Shown: in pieces, positions 34,791 through 46,700 of the stretch
Layout: every line of letters begins with the position of its first letter
Position numbering within the stretch: position 1 is the stretch's first letter
Source of the DNA: Anthoceros angustus
Lineage: Eukaryota > Plantae > Anthocerotophyta
Direction of reading: 5' to 3'
Assembly (NCBI GenBank): GCA_010909165.1
Contig: MU008155.1
Coordinates: forward strand, 124,001-188,000
Length of the DNA: 64,000 nt
The notes under the pieces: generated by a model
Told to the model about the DNA's origin: nothing
The model's database searches: none
The model's input: only the letters and a program-made list of their open reading frames with translations
Position numbers and translations under genes: made by a program

Positions 34791-35191
34791 ACCCCAAAGA
34801 CCCGTCGGACCTGCTCGCGTCGTAACGGACCTAGGGTTTAGGGATTGCACTCTAAGTGCAATTTGGCCAAAACGGCCTTATTGGCTAACACCTCCCTATC
34901 CTCTAAGAATGACCGAAAAAACAAAACAAGCCTACAGCGGTCGCGCCAGAGTACGGAGATCTGGACGGCACTCCACACCCAAAGATCCACCATATGCTCG
35001 TATGCACGTATGTGGGAGACAACCATATTGAGCTGCCAAAACAGTCCACTACATCTAAGTCGGACTCAGACTCTGCCAAGGATTCTACTGATCTGGCTAA
35101 GTTCGCTTTGATTACCGACTCCTAGTAAGATATGCGATTGCTGTGCTAGAGATTTTTGCTACTCAAGAAATACAACTGTTGATACCTGTAG

Positions 35192-36160
35192 GTGGGATCA
35201 CGGTGGCCCTTATAAGCCACTGCATGTCATGCAACCAACCAAAATATCCTTCATTTGACAGCTCTATGCAAGCACTTTAGGTATTAGAATTTAGCTACCA
35301 CATATGTACTGGCGAAATGGTATGCTTTCATCTTAACTCAACCTGTTTGCCTTATTGTAATGTAAAGATCGATCCAAGTTGTGCTAGACCTTTGGAAGGC
35401 ATGGCAATCCTAGATGCCGGCTATGGTGGTGGTCTTGCTTGTGAGGTGCATTTCCTTTGTGATTGGTCATCCTGTTGTATTGCCATGCTCGTAAAGGCAA
35501 GAGTGAGGTGAAGACTTTGAAGGGTTTTGCAGCCGCTTGCAAGACCTAGAGGACAAGTGATGGGTGTGGATGAAAGGGAGGAAAATGTAGCTGTGTCGGC
35601 GCTACATGTTGTATGTCTACATAACCCGGAGCTGATCAACCATGTCCTGTTCATATTTCGCTAAGGTGAAGAATTATGCTGGTGAAAATCTGATGCTACA
35701 TTTTTGTCCAGGCAAGAGACCCGCCAACTTCAACAATATGTTATAGATATAGCACTCCTAGTAGGGTTGCACTGCTTCTGACTTTGTTATTTTATGAGCA
35801 TCATAATACGTGGCCAAGATTTTTGCGGATAAGGCTTTCATCAAACTATACTCTTCCTGCAAAGAATCTGGTTGAGGAAGAACAATAGTTTGATGTTGTA
35901 ATTTTCCTAGAGGTTGTTTCATCACAAAAGACCTGAATTCTGCTATTCAAAACATGGTTTGTCACTGAAGCAGTTGTACATATAATATGTAAGTTCCTAG
36001 TTCTTTTGGCTAGGTCATAGAGCATGTCATTGATCCAAAAGAGTTTTACAAGTCTTTGACTGCTCTGCTGAAGAAAGACAGAATTGTGATTATCTCCACC
36101 ATCAACCGCTTCATACGCTCTTGGGGGCTAGCTATAATGGCATAAGTACATTTTGACTAG
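35192..36160 (+). pseudogene. COQ3: Ubiquinone biosynthesis O-methyltransferase (COQ3/UbiG) internal gene fragment, six exons with GT-AG introns, premature stops
   Basis: Exons: WDHGGPYKPLHVMQPTKISFI*; DPSCARPLEGMAILDAGYGGGLACE; PLARPRGQVMGVDEREENVAVSALHV; ARDPPTSTICY..; NLVEEEQ*FDVVIFLE; VIEHVIDPKEFYKSLTALL..ISTINRFIRSWGLAI. These match plant COQ3 motifs. First and last exons are absent. Confidence 0.9.
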
Positions 36161-37447
36161 GTGGGTCTCACTGATATTAAGTGACTATCGCTTTACATAT
36201 GGCATATTGTCGACGAATCGTGAGAAGAAGCAAATCTTAGGCTTGCACCCTATGACTTTTGTTCCAAATGCCAATTTTGTCCCTTTCTTTGAAAATCTTT
36301 GTTGTTGTTCCCGCAGTTGCAGTGACAAATTCGAGAGGAGGTTGCTTTAATGATGCATCATGCAGGTCTAATGCTATGTTCAATTTGGTATATGGTCAAT
36401 GCTGCACAACATGTGAACTATAATTCATAACACCGTAATATTCATTCCGGCGGAATAAACAAGAAGCGGCTCTTCCACTCATTATACTTGTAATCGACGG
36501 CAACATGGGCACGAATTGGCTGTTCCTGCCGCTTTCTACAAATTTTGTCAAAAATTACGGTTATGGTGTAACTAGAAAGCTGGGAACATGACATGAGTTG
36601 GGCTCATAAAGGATATAAAGCCTCGATAGCCACTCATTTAGCATGAAATAATGCCCATACGTGATACCTTGTTGGTGGAAGCGAAGATGCCACATGAGAT
36701 GCTATTTGCTATTCATTCATTACTTAAATGGTAACTGGTTTTGGAAATACGGTTTTGAGGCAGGGGTAATGAGTAATGGAGAATAGCATGGAAAATCAAA
36801 ATATAATGGTGGGAGTCAGTGTTTTCATGTTCCCTAAAATTGAAGGCATATGGCGTCATGCGGCGGTGTATGTTTTGCAATTGTCGGGACCCACCTTCTT
36901 GGTGGATGAGTGCTATCAAAGGAAAAACAATTTTGAGAGTGGAGTAAAGAGTAATGGAGATGAGACTAGGAATTGAAAAAAGTAATGGGTGGGAATGTTT
37001 TTGTTGTGGCACACTATATAGAATATGCCACGCATGTCATCGCCATATGTCTTCCAATTATCGCAACCACCTTCTTGTTAGGTGAGTGCTGAGAAGTGGC
37101 GCCGGCGCCTTAGATATGCCATAAACGGAGCACATACATGAATTGGTGCCCACATGGAATCAACAGTTCTATTGATTTTTCCACCAGAACAGTTACACAT
37201 TATATTTCTAGATGGGGTTATTCAACTGGGCTAGGGGGGAATGTTATGGTGGTGTGATTAGATGTTCAGGAAGTAAACTCTCCAATAATGGGTTAACGGA
37301 AATAAGAATTACCCAAAGTATGCCTACGGTGGACCTAAAAGCATGAGTAGGCTATCCAAGACAGAGAGTTGACTTAGTTGGGTGTCCGTTGAGGCGTCAG
37401 TTCGCATAGTGGTGGGTAGCTCATGTCAGTGGAGGCGTCGGCATGTA

Positions 37448-37665
37448 CATATGCAATACAACTGGTAGGAACTAGTGGACGCATGGACCCGCAAAATGCC
37501 TTCCCTACATACAAACGTCCAAATGTATGAGGAGTGAAGCTACTGAAGTTAGTTCACGCCGACGCCCACGCATATGCAATACAACTGGTAGAAACTAGTA
37601 GACGTATCGACCCGCAAAATGCCTTCATTACACAGAGATGTCCAAACGCATGAGAATTGAACCGC
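37448..37665. repeat. ~123-bp diverged tandem duplication
   Basis: CATATGCAATACAACTGGTAG..GACCCGCAAAATGCCTTC at ~37448 and ~37571. Confidence 0.85.
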
Positions 37666-37704
37666 CAACCTAACTACCAACTACCGGTTGAGTATAAAAC
37701 TAGT
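37665..37704 (+). mobile_element. Possible Helitron 3' terminus (decayed hairpin + CTAG|T)
   Basis: ..CCAACTACCGGTTGAG TATAAAA CTAG T; the hairpin is weak and assumed eroded by CG->TA changes. Confidence 0.4.
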
Positions 37705-37749
37705 AGTAAAAATATAACGCTTGTATCTTCAGCAAAAAGACTGCAAAGC

Positions 37750-38935
37750 TCTAGTCTTTGCCGACTGAATTACTTCGTCGACTAAAGGATCTCCGTCATC
37801 CACTTCCTGGTCGCTGTCCTCCTCTCCAGGCCGCAGATAAGGTCGAAGATGATTTAGTCTATCTCGAATAGCTTCTTGTCGGAAGTGTAAAGGTGCTTCC
37901 TTCCATTCAGGTTGAACCCATAGTAGAGAATAATAGTCTTATCCACATATAGTTTCTGAATGTTTTTGGGTAAGATCCTCTTTCCCACCTTCTTCCCATT
38001 TTGCATTTGACAGTTATCTGGTCCTCTAACAAAGAACTCTTCAACATATTTCCTTCAAAAGCATCAGTGTGCTCAGTCCTATATCAATGGACCATCAGAA
38101 ATGGCTTCACACACTCGAAGTCTACGCTTTGCACCTTCCCAATCCAGAAAGCCCTGTTATGTGTATCTCTCGAACATAGAGTTGCAATAAACATACCCTT
38201 CCTTATCTTCTTGACATCTCCATTCATTCTTTCTATCTCTTATTGTTGTAGACCTGCATTCTAGTATGCTCCCAAATACATATCTCTTTATTTGAGGAAC
38301 TTCTCTGAGTAATGTTTCATCAAGTACAACCTCCTCGGGCACTTGAAGTGGCGGAATGTTTGCCTCCACCTCTTCTTTGTTGTACCACCTCCACGGTTGT
38401 TTAAGTACAAGAGCAATATTGTTCTCTACAATAGTGGCAATTCCTTCCTGGTCGACCCAAAACAACTTCCACTACACCCTCTCCGCTGACATGATATACA
38501 TGGCCAAGTTCAGTACTCCTTGCTTCAAGTGCGCCACACCTGCTGTAGGCGAAAGACCTCCATCTTGACCCTTTTTGTCTCTCGCCTTCAGGGCATTAGT
38601 GGAGTGGGGCCTACGATGTTGGTTGGAACAGATTTCAAAAATTCCAAATCGTCTTCTGATTCCCATTGAGTGGAGGTTGAGTACTGCTTACTTCGGATGA
38701 CGGTAACCTGTCCTCGGTCTTGCCGTGCCTCCCTCGTGATTTTAAATTGATGCTAGAAGGACATATTGTTCAACTGGTTCATTGCCGCCTTATAAGCGTA
38801 TCCTGTCGTACCTTTCTTAATGGGCCATACATAAGACCGGAAATCTGCCACCACTTTTATTACCTTAACTTCAAGCGTTGGGGTGAAAGCCGCTGTCAAT
38901 ATTTCCGAAAGTGTATCAATAGTAAACGCTTCTTT
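37750..38935 (-). pseudogene. C-terminal half of a DUF7869/Sola1-like DNA transposase-type protein, with a C-terminal SH3/Tudor-like module; 5' half displaced by copia C4
   Basis: Minus-strand reading KEAFTIDTLSEILTAAFTPTLEVKVIKVVADFRSY..LNNMSF*HQFKITR..VIRSKQYSTSTQW..; KGMFIATL..RAFWIGKVQSV..LMVH*Y..DAFEG; IILYYGFNLNGRKHL. The catalytic GHTHxDID motif is not in the window, so the family call is by recall of the flanking pattern. Confidence 0.55.
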
Positions 38936-41900
38936 TGATGAAAAACATGCTAAGCTCTAGCATAAAAGATGCTTGCATTACAATGTATATAATAGAAAGT
39001 ACAAAGCCTATTTATAGGCAAGGTGGTTAGGTGGTTAGACGGTTATAACCATAAGTTGTTATAACCGTCAGTTGGTTGTAACTAATATAACAACTAACCT
39101 CCTAGGACAACTAACTAAGTAACTACTTAATGCCCTAGAGATAGATTAAAGCATAAGTAAAGGTGCCCTAGTGAATAGTGCCCTAAACTATATGTATTTT
39201 ATCACTCCCACTCACTATGAACGTAGGGGTGAAAATAAGCTACAAAATGAGACTAAATACACTAGCAAACTCCTACTAGATAGATAGTTACTAGCTAAGA
39301 TAAAGCGAGTCTAGGCTTAAGCAAACTAAACTAAATAATTAATTTAGATATGCTAAATAGGTATTTTAGAAATCGGGAAAAAGCAAAAGGAAAAACCCGA
39401 AATAAAAGAAATGGGGGGATAATGCAAAACCCACCCCCCGAAATTAAAAAGGGGAGGATAATGCAAACCCCCACGGATCCACCGCGGTACGCGGTTATGC
39501 CGTGCCCACACGAAGGGGTGTCCTCACGGGAGGCGCATAACATGCGCTGCGGCGATGGCGGCCCCAAGTCATGGAGCTCGCCGGAGCGCACCGGCCCGAG
39601 CGTGAGGCCCGGCCGCGAGCCGCCATGCGCGCGCAGGCGCACATGGGCCAGCCGTGGCTGACGGAGCACCGCGGCGACGAATTTATACGACGCCGCCGAA
39701 AATTTGCCGCGACTTTGATTGCGCTGCAGTCTTGACATCTGGCCATCGATTCCAGAGCGCCAGGGCGCTCCCACGATCCACAAATTGTGTGCTTTTGCTG
39801 ATTTGCAGATGGTAATCCGGAGATTGCTATCGGTGAAGTCCCCGTCGATGGCGAAGCTCCTGCCGATTTGGAAATTCAACGTACGGTACCAACCGATGCG
39901 ATGTGGATGAAGTCGCCCGCCCAAACGTGGGAGGAGACCAAATGGGGAGATGAGCTGGATCCTCCCACTAGAACTCCAAACAGATGGTACCCATCTCCTC
40001 TCGTGAGAAGAGATTGTCGCTCGCCGCCTTCTAGGAGTCGGATGGAGTGAAGATGAGAATTTGCCGTTGCCGATCGGAGGTCTCGTCGAAGCCGTCCTTC
40101 TCTTGACGACATGGTGTGATGACTGACATTGATGAAGAGGACTCCGTGGTGGGAGCCAAGCCGATGTTGAAGATGCTCCTCATGATCTGTGCGAAGGAAG
40201 TCCAAGTCGCCTCGTCACAATGATGATTTCGACACAAAAGTGCCAATGATCTCCACAAACTAGCCTCGGTATGTTAACTGTCGCATATATGCTACAAAGT
40301 GATAGATAGCATGTATACTAATGGGATGATCCATTGGCGGATCTAGGAAGACTTCGATGGATGAAATCAAGACACAAGAGGAAAGTGGAAGGGCAAGAGC
40401 AAGGTGGTAGCAGAGTAGTGGAAAAGAAAGTAAGTAGGAATAGGAAGTAGGTTGCTCCTATTTATAAGGACAAAGTTTTTTTTTTTGCTTAAAAGAAACT
40501 ATGTGGTTGTAGGGATGGACAAGTGTGGGCACGGATCACTTGAGGATTGCTATCCCACAAAGAGTGGTCCTGAAGCAACAAGGACAGATATGCAATACTG
40601 GATGCTATCTTCCTATGGGAAGTTTGATGAAAGCTACCCACTTGATATGCCCCGGGATAAGGATAGTTACCATGCCCAGTAATATGTTTGCCATAAGAAA
40701 GGAATCAAAATGGTATGGTTGGGAGCTGCCCCATGTGCTGAGTATGAAGGACATACTAAGCATACTTATAGTAAGTACCCTAATGCCATTTATGACTTAA
40801 ATAGCATTTAATAATTATTTTATTTTTATATTAACATGACTCCTAAATTTTGTGAATAGGATCTGTCTGGGCATTGGAGCGAGAAGCTCAGGAATACTAT
40901 GAAGACTATTTAGAAATAGAAGAGGAACTTGATCATTTGGACAAACTGTGTGGCTTGTAGCCAAGGTTAACTTTTAGTTGCCCACTTATGTTCCTCTATA
41001 GCTAGCTGAGTTAGGGTGGCTTAGACTTGATATCTAGTATCCCTAAACTCTTCATGTGTTTGCTATGTAAATCACGACCTAATGACTTGGTTAATATATC
41101 GGATTTTCCGAGTTTGGATGTAATTTATGTCTATTGTTTTGTTTTCTAGCATTTCACGAATGTAGTGGTATTCAATTGCTATGTGCTTTGTTCGGAGTGG
41201 AAGACGGATTTCTAGCTAGGGCTATGGCCCCTTGACTATCACGAACAAAGGTGTGGGATTATGTTGGGGTGACCAAGTTCCCAAAGCTAACCTACACCAA
41301 ACTATATCTTTTGAGACGAGGTTAGGACTCTATTCGACTCGGGATGACAAAGCAATTGTAGGTTGTTTCTTACTTGACCAAGAGATTGGAGCACCTCCCA
41401 ATAGTAGAACATAGCGGATCTGATTTACGGTGTCCGGATCACTGATAGTCAAGACGATATGTCGTTAGGATTAAATTGGGTATGCGGGTTTGTACTTGTA
41501 AGTCAATCCAAGGTGCATAGTTCCTTTGAGGTATCTCAAGATACGCTTTTGATAGCCAATGTTCCTTCTGTGGTTCTCTAGGAGCGTGAACATGCACTAA
41601 CTTCAAAAGAAATGTCGGGTCTTGTGAAGTTACTTAAGTAAATCAGTGCCAACAAGATGTCTATATGGTGCCGACATCTCATGCTTCTCCAGATTCTGCT
41701 TTTAGGGCTCATATCTGAGGTGAGCCTAATGCCACTAGCAAAGGGGTAGTGGCTTGGCTTCTTCTAATCCAAATTTTGTTAAACTCTCTTTAATATACTT
41801 AGTCCGAACTAAGCTTAGAGTTTTGTTGCCTCTATCCCCGATGATATTAACGCCAAGGGCATAAGTCATCTCCGAGATTCATCTCAAAATGACTTCGTAA

Positions 41901-42673
41901 CCATGCCTTGATTTCATAGGGATATAAGGAAGATGAGGCCATAAACAAGTCGTATACATAAAGTAGAAGGTAAATTATATCACTTCTCGATTTCAATATG
42001 TACATGCTAGCATCGGCTTTGCTTCGCTTTGAAGCCACGATTAACTAGCTTGACATGTATGACATTCCATTCTTTGCCCGATTGCTTGTGCCATAAATGC
42101 ACTTAATGAGTTTACACACCCAATCTTCCTTTCCCTTGACCTCATAGCCCTCAGACTGTCTCATATAAATTTCCTCTTGTAGACGTTCATGCAGGTAAGC
42201 TGTCTTGACATCCATCATGTGGAGGTGAAGGTCATGTTGTGTGGTTAAGGCTAAGATCATTCTTAGGGAGGCAAACTTGGCAACTGGTGCATAAGTGGTA
42301 TGGGGTAGATAATCTAAACTGTGGATCCGGTAAACCCTCTAGCCACTAATCGTGCCTTGTATCTCTCAATGGAACCATCACCCTTTCGCTTTGATTTTGA
42401 ATACCCACTTGCTAGTCACTATTTTTCCTTCTTAGGTGGTTTCACCAATTCCCATGTCGAGTTTTTAATAATGAGTTATACTCGACCATCGCTACTTTCC
42501 ACAAGTCTTTCTCTGAGAGGAAAGCTTGTTTCAAGGTCGAGGTTCTTGGATCACAAAGGCTTTATAGACAGTGGTGAAAAGGGAGAAGGAGAAATAGGAT
42601 CATCAAAGGTAGCAAGGTATCCCAGGGGTGGTTCTTTCCATCCTGCTGGTCCTGAAATAACTGGTCTAGTTCT

Positions 42674-42953
42674 TGATGAAATATGACCTATTTAGGGCAC
42701 TCTTCACTAGGGCACCTAAGGCTATTAATTAATTTAGTTCTTAGGGCTTTAGGTAGTTTAATGAGTAGTTAGTTGTTACAACCACTTAGAGGTTAGAACT
42801 ACTTATGGTTACAACCACCTTATGGTTATAACCACCTAGCCTATATAAAGGCTTTGTACTTTCTATTATAATCAATGCATACAACTCTTTTGTGCAAAGC
42901 TTTCTACTATCTCGCTTGCTATGTTTTGCTACCTAGAGCTATGATTCTCATCA
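42674..42953 (+). repeat. 5' LTR of C5
   Basis: No substitutions seen versus the 3' LTR, only small deletions. Confidence 0.95.
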
Positions 42954-43741
42954 TGGTATCGAGCATTGCTCTCTATTTGCATTGGACAACTTGACATGCT
43001 GATCTACTCTTCTTCTTCATCTTCTTCTTCATTTCTTTTTAGAAGATGCATAGATTCTTTAGATTGCATGTCATAGATTGTCATGTTTTGCCTTCCTTAA
43101 TCTTCAATAATGCACACTCATTGCATCCAATCCTTGCTTCAATGCGATGGACCCTTCAATCCTCAAGCAAGGCTATTGGAAGAAGATTAAGGCGCAAGAC
43201 AAGAGATAGAATATAGGAATGCAAAGATTAGAATTGCTAGGAAGTCTAGTAAGATAGTAGGAGATTCCATACTTATTGCTAACTTCATTGGCTCTATTCT
43301 AATCAAAGTAGAAGATCAAGGGAGGCAGATAGAAATTGCTAGAAGAAACTTGCTTACTATCTTTAGTTTAAGTCAAGTGAAAGCAATTGAACTCGCTCTT
43401 GATCATATCCCAAATCTACAAGGTGTCCTCTTCCTCCATCTCCAATGCGTTTACAACAACACAAGCAAGAAACTTCGTTCGATAAAGACTCTCGCCAGAG
43501 AACCACGCCAACACACCCTACGCAACAAGCATAGAGGAGTTAGCAAGAGAAGTGCGTGATCTCAATAAGCGCCTCCTTGAGCATCTTGATCCAAACATCG
43601 AGTCTTCATCACAAACTTTCCCTCTGCTCGTCATCGACAAACACGCCAGAAAAGGTTTCTTCTTGTTTTGCTCCTTGCGCCCGATTTTCGCATGATGATG
43701 AGGAAATGCGAAGGCCAGTCTCTAATGCAATAGTGACCACA

Positions 43742-46700
43742 ATGGCTGGTTCCGACGTGGACGATCGAGAGGAGAGGGATCCACCCAAAGATGAAGTACG
43801 ACCTTCCGTGGTGAATCACAACTATGGTGACAGTTTAAGGAGAAGGATGATTCAATGGGCGGTGATACGCTGCTAACGCGCACTTTTCCGCAATCGAGAC
43901 CTATGGGACGTTGTAAGTGGGTCCACACCCAGACCACAGTGGGGCTCCGAGAGCAAAGAAACCTAGGACGCCAGGGATGAAAAAGCTCAAGACCTCGATC
44001 GGTGGACTAGCCCTTAATATGGTAAGACAATGCGGTCAAGCAAAAACTTCTAAATGTGGGATCACCTTGCTCGCTTATATTCTTCAAGAGATGTGATGAG
44101 TATGATGACGCGATGCAACTTCTTCAATCAAGATGAAGGAATCGACTCCGAACACCATATCAACACTTTTCCGAAGCGATCTCAATATGAAGCGCCACCA
44201 ACACCTCCGTCTCGAACTTGTTGCATTCCTTGTTCTCTTGATTTCCCTCCCACCCTCCCAGACCATTTCTCACCACACGTGTGGGACAAGCCCAAAAGAA
44301 TGCGCGGTTTCGATGCAGACCTCGACATCGTGTCGCAGAACTCATCGGAGCCATGATTCAGAGGAGTCCAGACGCCATGAGCCCAAGTCCAGACCAGTGA
44401 TGTCTGTTGGAAGAGGCGAGGAAGAGGCGGCAAAAGTTCTCCTTCCAATAGACTGCTTATTCCACACCAAACAAATATCATGGCGAATCCAACTCTTCCA
44501 CACCTTCCAGGGGTCACAAAAAGAGTGGAATTATTTGTAATTGGTGCAGAATTCCTAATCACATGGAAAAGGACTGTAGAAAGAAGAAGAATGGGAACCT
44601 AGATCGAGGCCCTGCGCTCATGTTGCTTCAAGAAACACTCTTCATCAACAACACGTGTGCTCACTATTTGCCTTGCATCCTCTAAGCCGCAACCGCTTAT
44701 TGGTACGGACGGAGCAACATCACATATCTGCTACAACAAAGACTCCTTGAGTCATACACCCCACCAGGACATCCGAGTTCTCTGGGCGATGATCACAACC
44801 TTCCCATAGCGGTAGGATGTGATTCGGTCGACTCTTCATCTTCATCAAGTCCTCCATGTTCTCGCCATGTGCAAAACCTAGTGTCACCGCTAGTCTTTGC
44901 ACACCACCACATGTGTCCTTTTATATGCCGATAGTTCCTTTCCTACCTCAAGAATAGAACACACAATATCTCTGACCGCATCTTAGAAGATGGACTCTAT
45001 AGATTGTCACAAAAGTAGGAGCCACACATTCGTCAATGTAGCCTCCCAACATTCTGCACAACCAACACACACGATGCTCGGCATTGTAGATTAGGTCACC
45101 TAATAGTCGGTTACTCCAAATGTCTAGAGACAACAGATAGAACACCTGTCTCTCCAAGGTTCACAACTTAGATTGGTGCGAAACATGTGTCCTCACAAAA
45201 CGTCACAGAACCTTTCAAAATCCATCTCCTCAAAGGGCCAAGTCACCTTTAGAGATAGTACACAGACATTTGTGGACCCTCTCTACACCCTCCTTTGGTA
45301 GTAGATACTTAACTTTACCGACGACTATCCTGCCGCCTCCTACATCCTCACCCAAAAGAGTGAAACTTATCTTTTCAAGGATTACATGGCATGGCGAAAG
45401 GCTACGATCACAAACTCAAGACCTTACGTTCCGACAACGGTGGAGAGTTTACATCTCATAGATTTGCTGAATTTTGTCGAATCGAAGCTCAACAATTAAG
45501 TGTAGTATACACTCCTCAAAGAAATGGCGTCAGAAAATAAGAATCTCCGCCTCCAAGAGATTACAGTTGCTGTTAACACAAGCTAACTTATCCAAAGCTT
45601 ATGAGGCCCTCCTTACAAGAACCTATCTCATGAATCGCCGACTTCCTCGTTCAAGGTATGACTCCATATGAAGCATTCACGGCAACAAGCCTTCCATAGA
45701 TCACCTTGAATTTTTGGCTCTCCGCATATGTCTTTATCCCTAAAGTACAACGCAAGAAGTTAGATCCAAAAGCTGCCAAATATCTATTTATTGGCCAAGA
45801 AGGCATCAAAGGTTACAAGCTATTTGAACCCACAACACGGAAGCTTATATATGCGAGTGTTACTTTTCATGAGTCTTACCTCTTTTCCCCAGCAGGGAGC
45901 TGGTATCCGCCCGAGGACGCCTCTTCCAAGAGCCCTCGATACCTCCTCATTTGATGATACGATTATATCACTCAATTTCCAGTCGCCTACGTGTTCCGTA
46001 GTTGAACCTCTTCCGGGAGGAGGAGGAGTTAGCATCTATTCCACACCAAACAAATATCATGGCGAATCCAACTCTTCCACACCTTCCGGTAACCAAAAGA
46101 GTGGAATTATTTGTAATTGGTGCGAATTCCTAATCACATGGAAAAGGATAGAAAGAAGAAGAATGGGAACCTAGATCGAGGCCCGCGCTCATGTTGCTTC
46201 AAGAAACACTCTTCATCAACAACACGTGTGCTCACTATTTGCCTTGCATCCTCTAAGCCGCAACCGCTTATTGGTACACAGGCGGTGGAGCAACATCACA
46301 TATCTGCTACAACAAAGACTCCTTGAGTCATACACCCCACCACAGGACATCCGATTTGTTCGGCGATGATCACAACCTTCCATAGCGGGCCTAGGTTATG
46401 TACTCAATGTGATTCGGTCGACTCTTCATCTTCATCAAGTCCTCCATGTTCGCCATGTGCAAAACCTAGTGTCACCGCTAGTCTTTGCATACCACACATG
46501 CGGGTCCTTTTATATGCCGATAGTTCCTTTCCTACCTCAAGAATAGAACACACAATATCTGACCGGCATCTTAGAAGATGGACTCTATAGATTGTCGATT
46601 CTGAGCCACACATTTTTGTAGCCTCCCAATTCACACCAACACACACGATGCTCGGCATTGTAGATTAGGTCATCCTAATAGTCGGTTACTCCAAATGTCT

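Noticed and set aside
36440-36560. Short minus-strand reading (DKICRKRQEQPIRAHVAVDYKYNEWKSRFLFIPPE*)
   Set aside because: Could be another captured exon, but it is too short and I cannot assign it.
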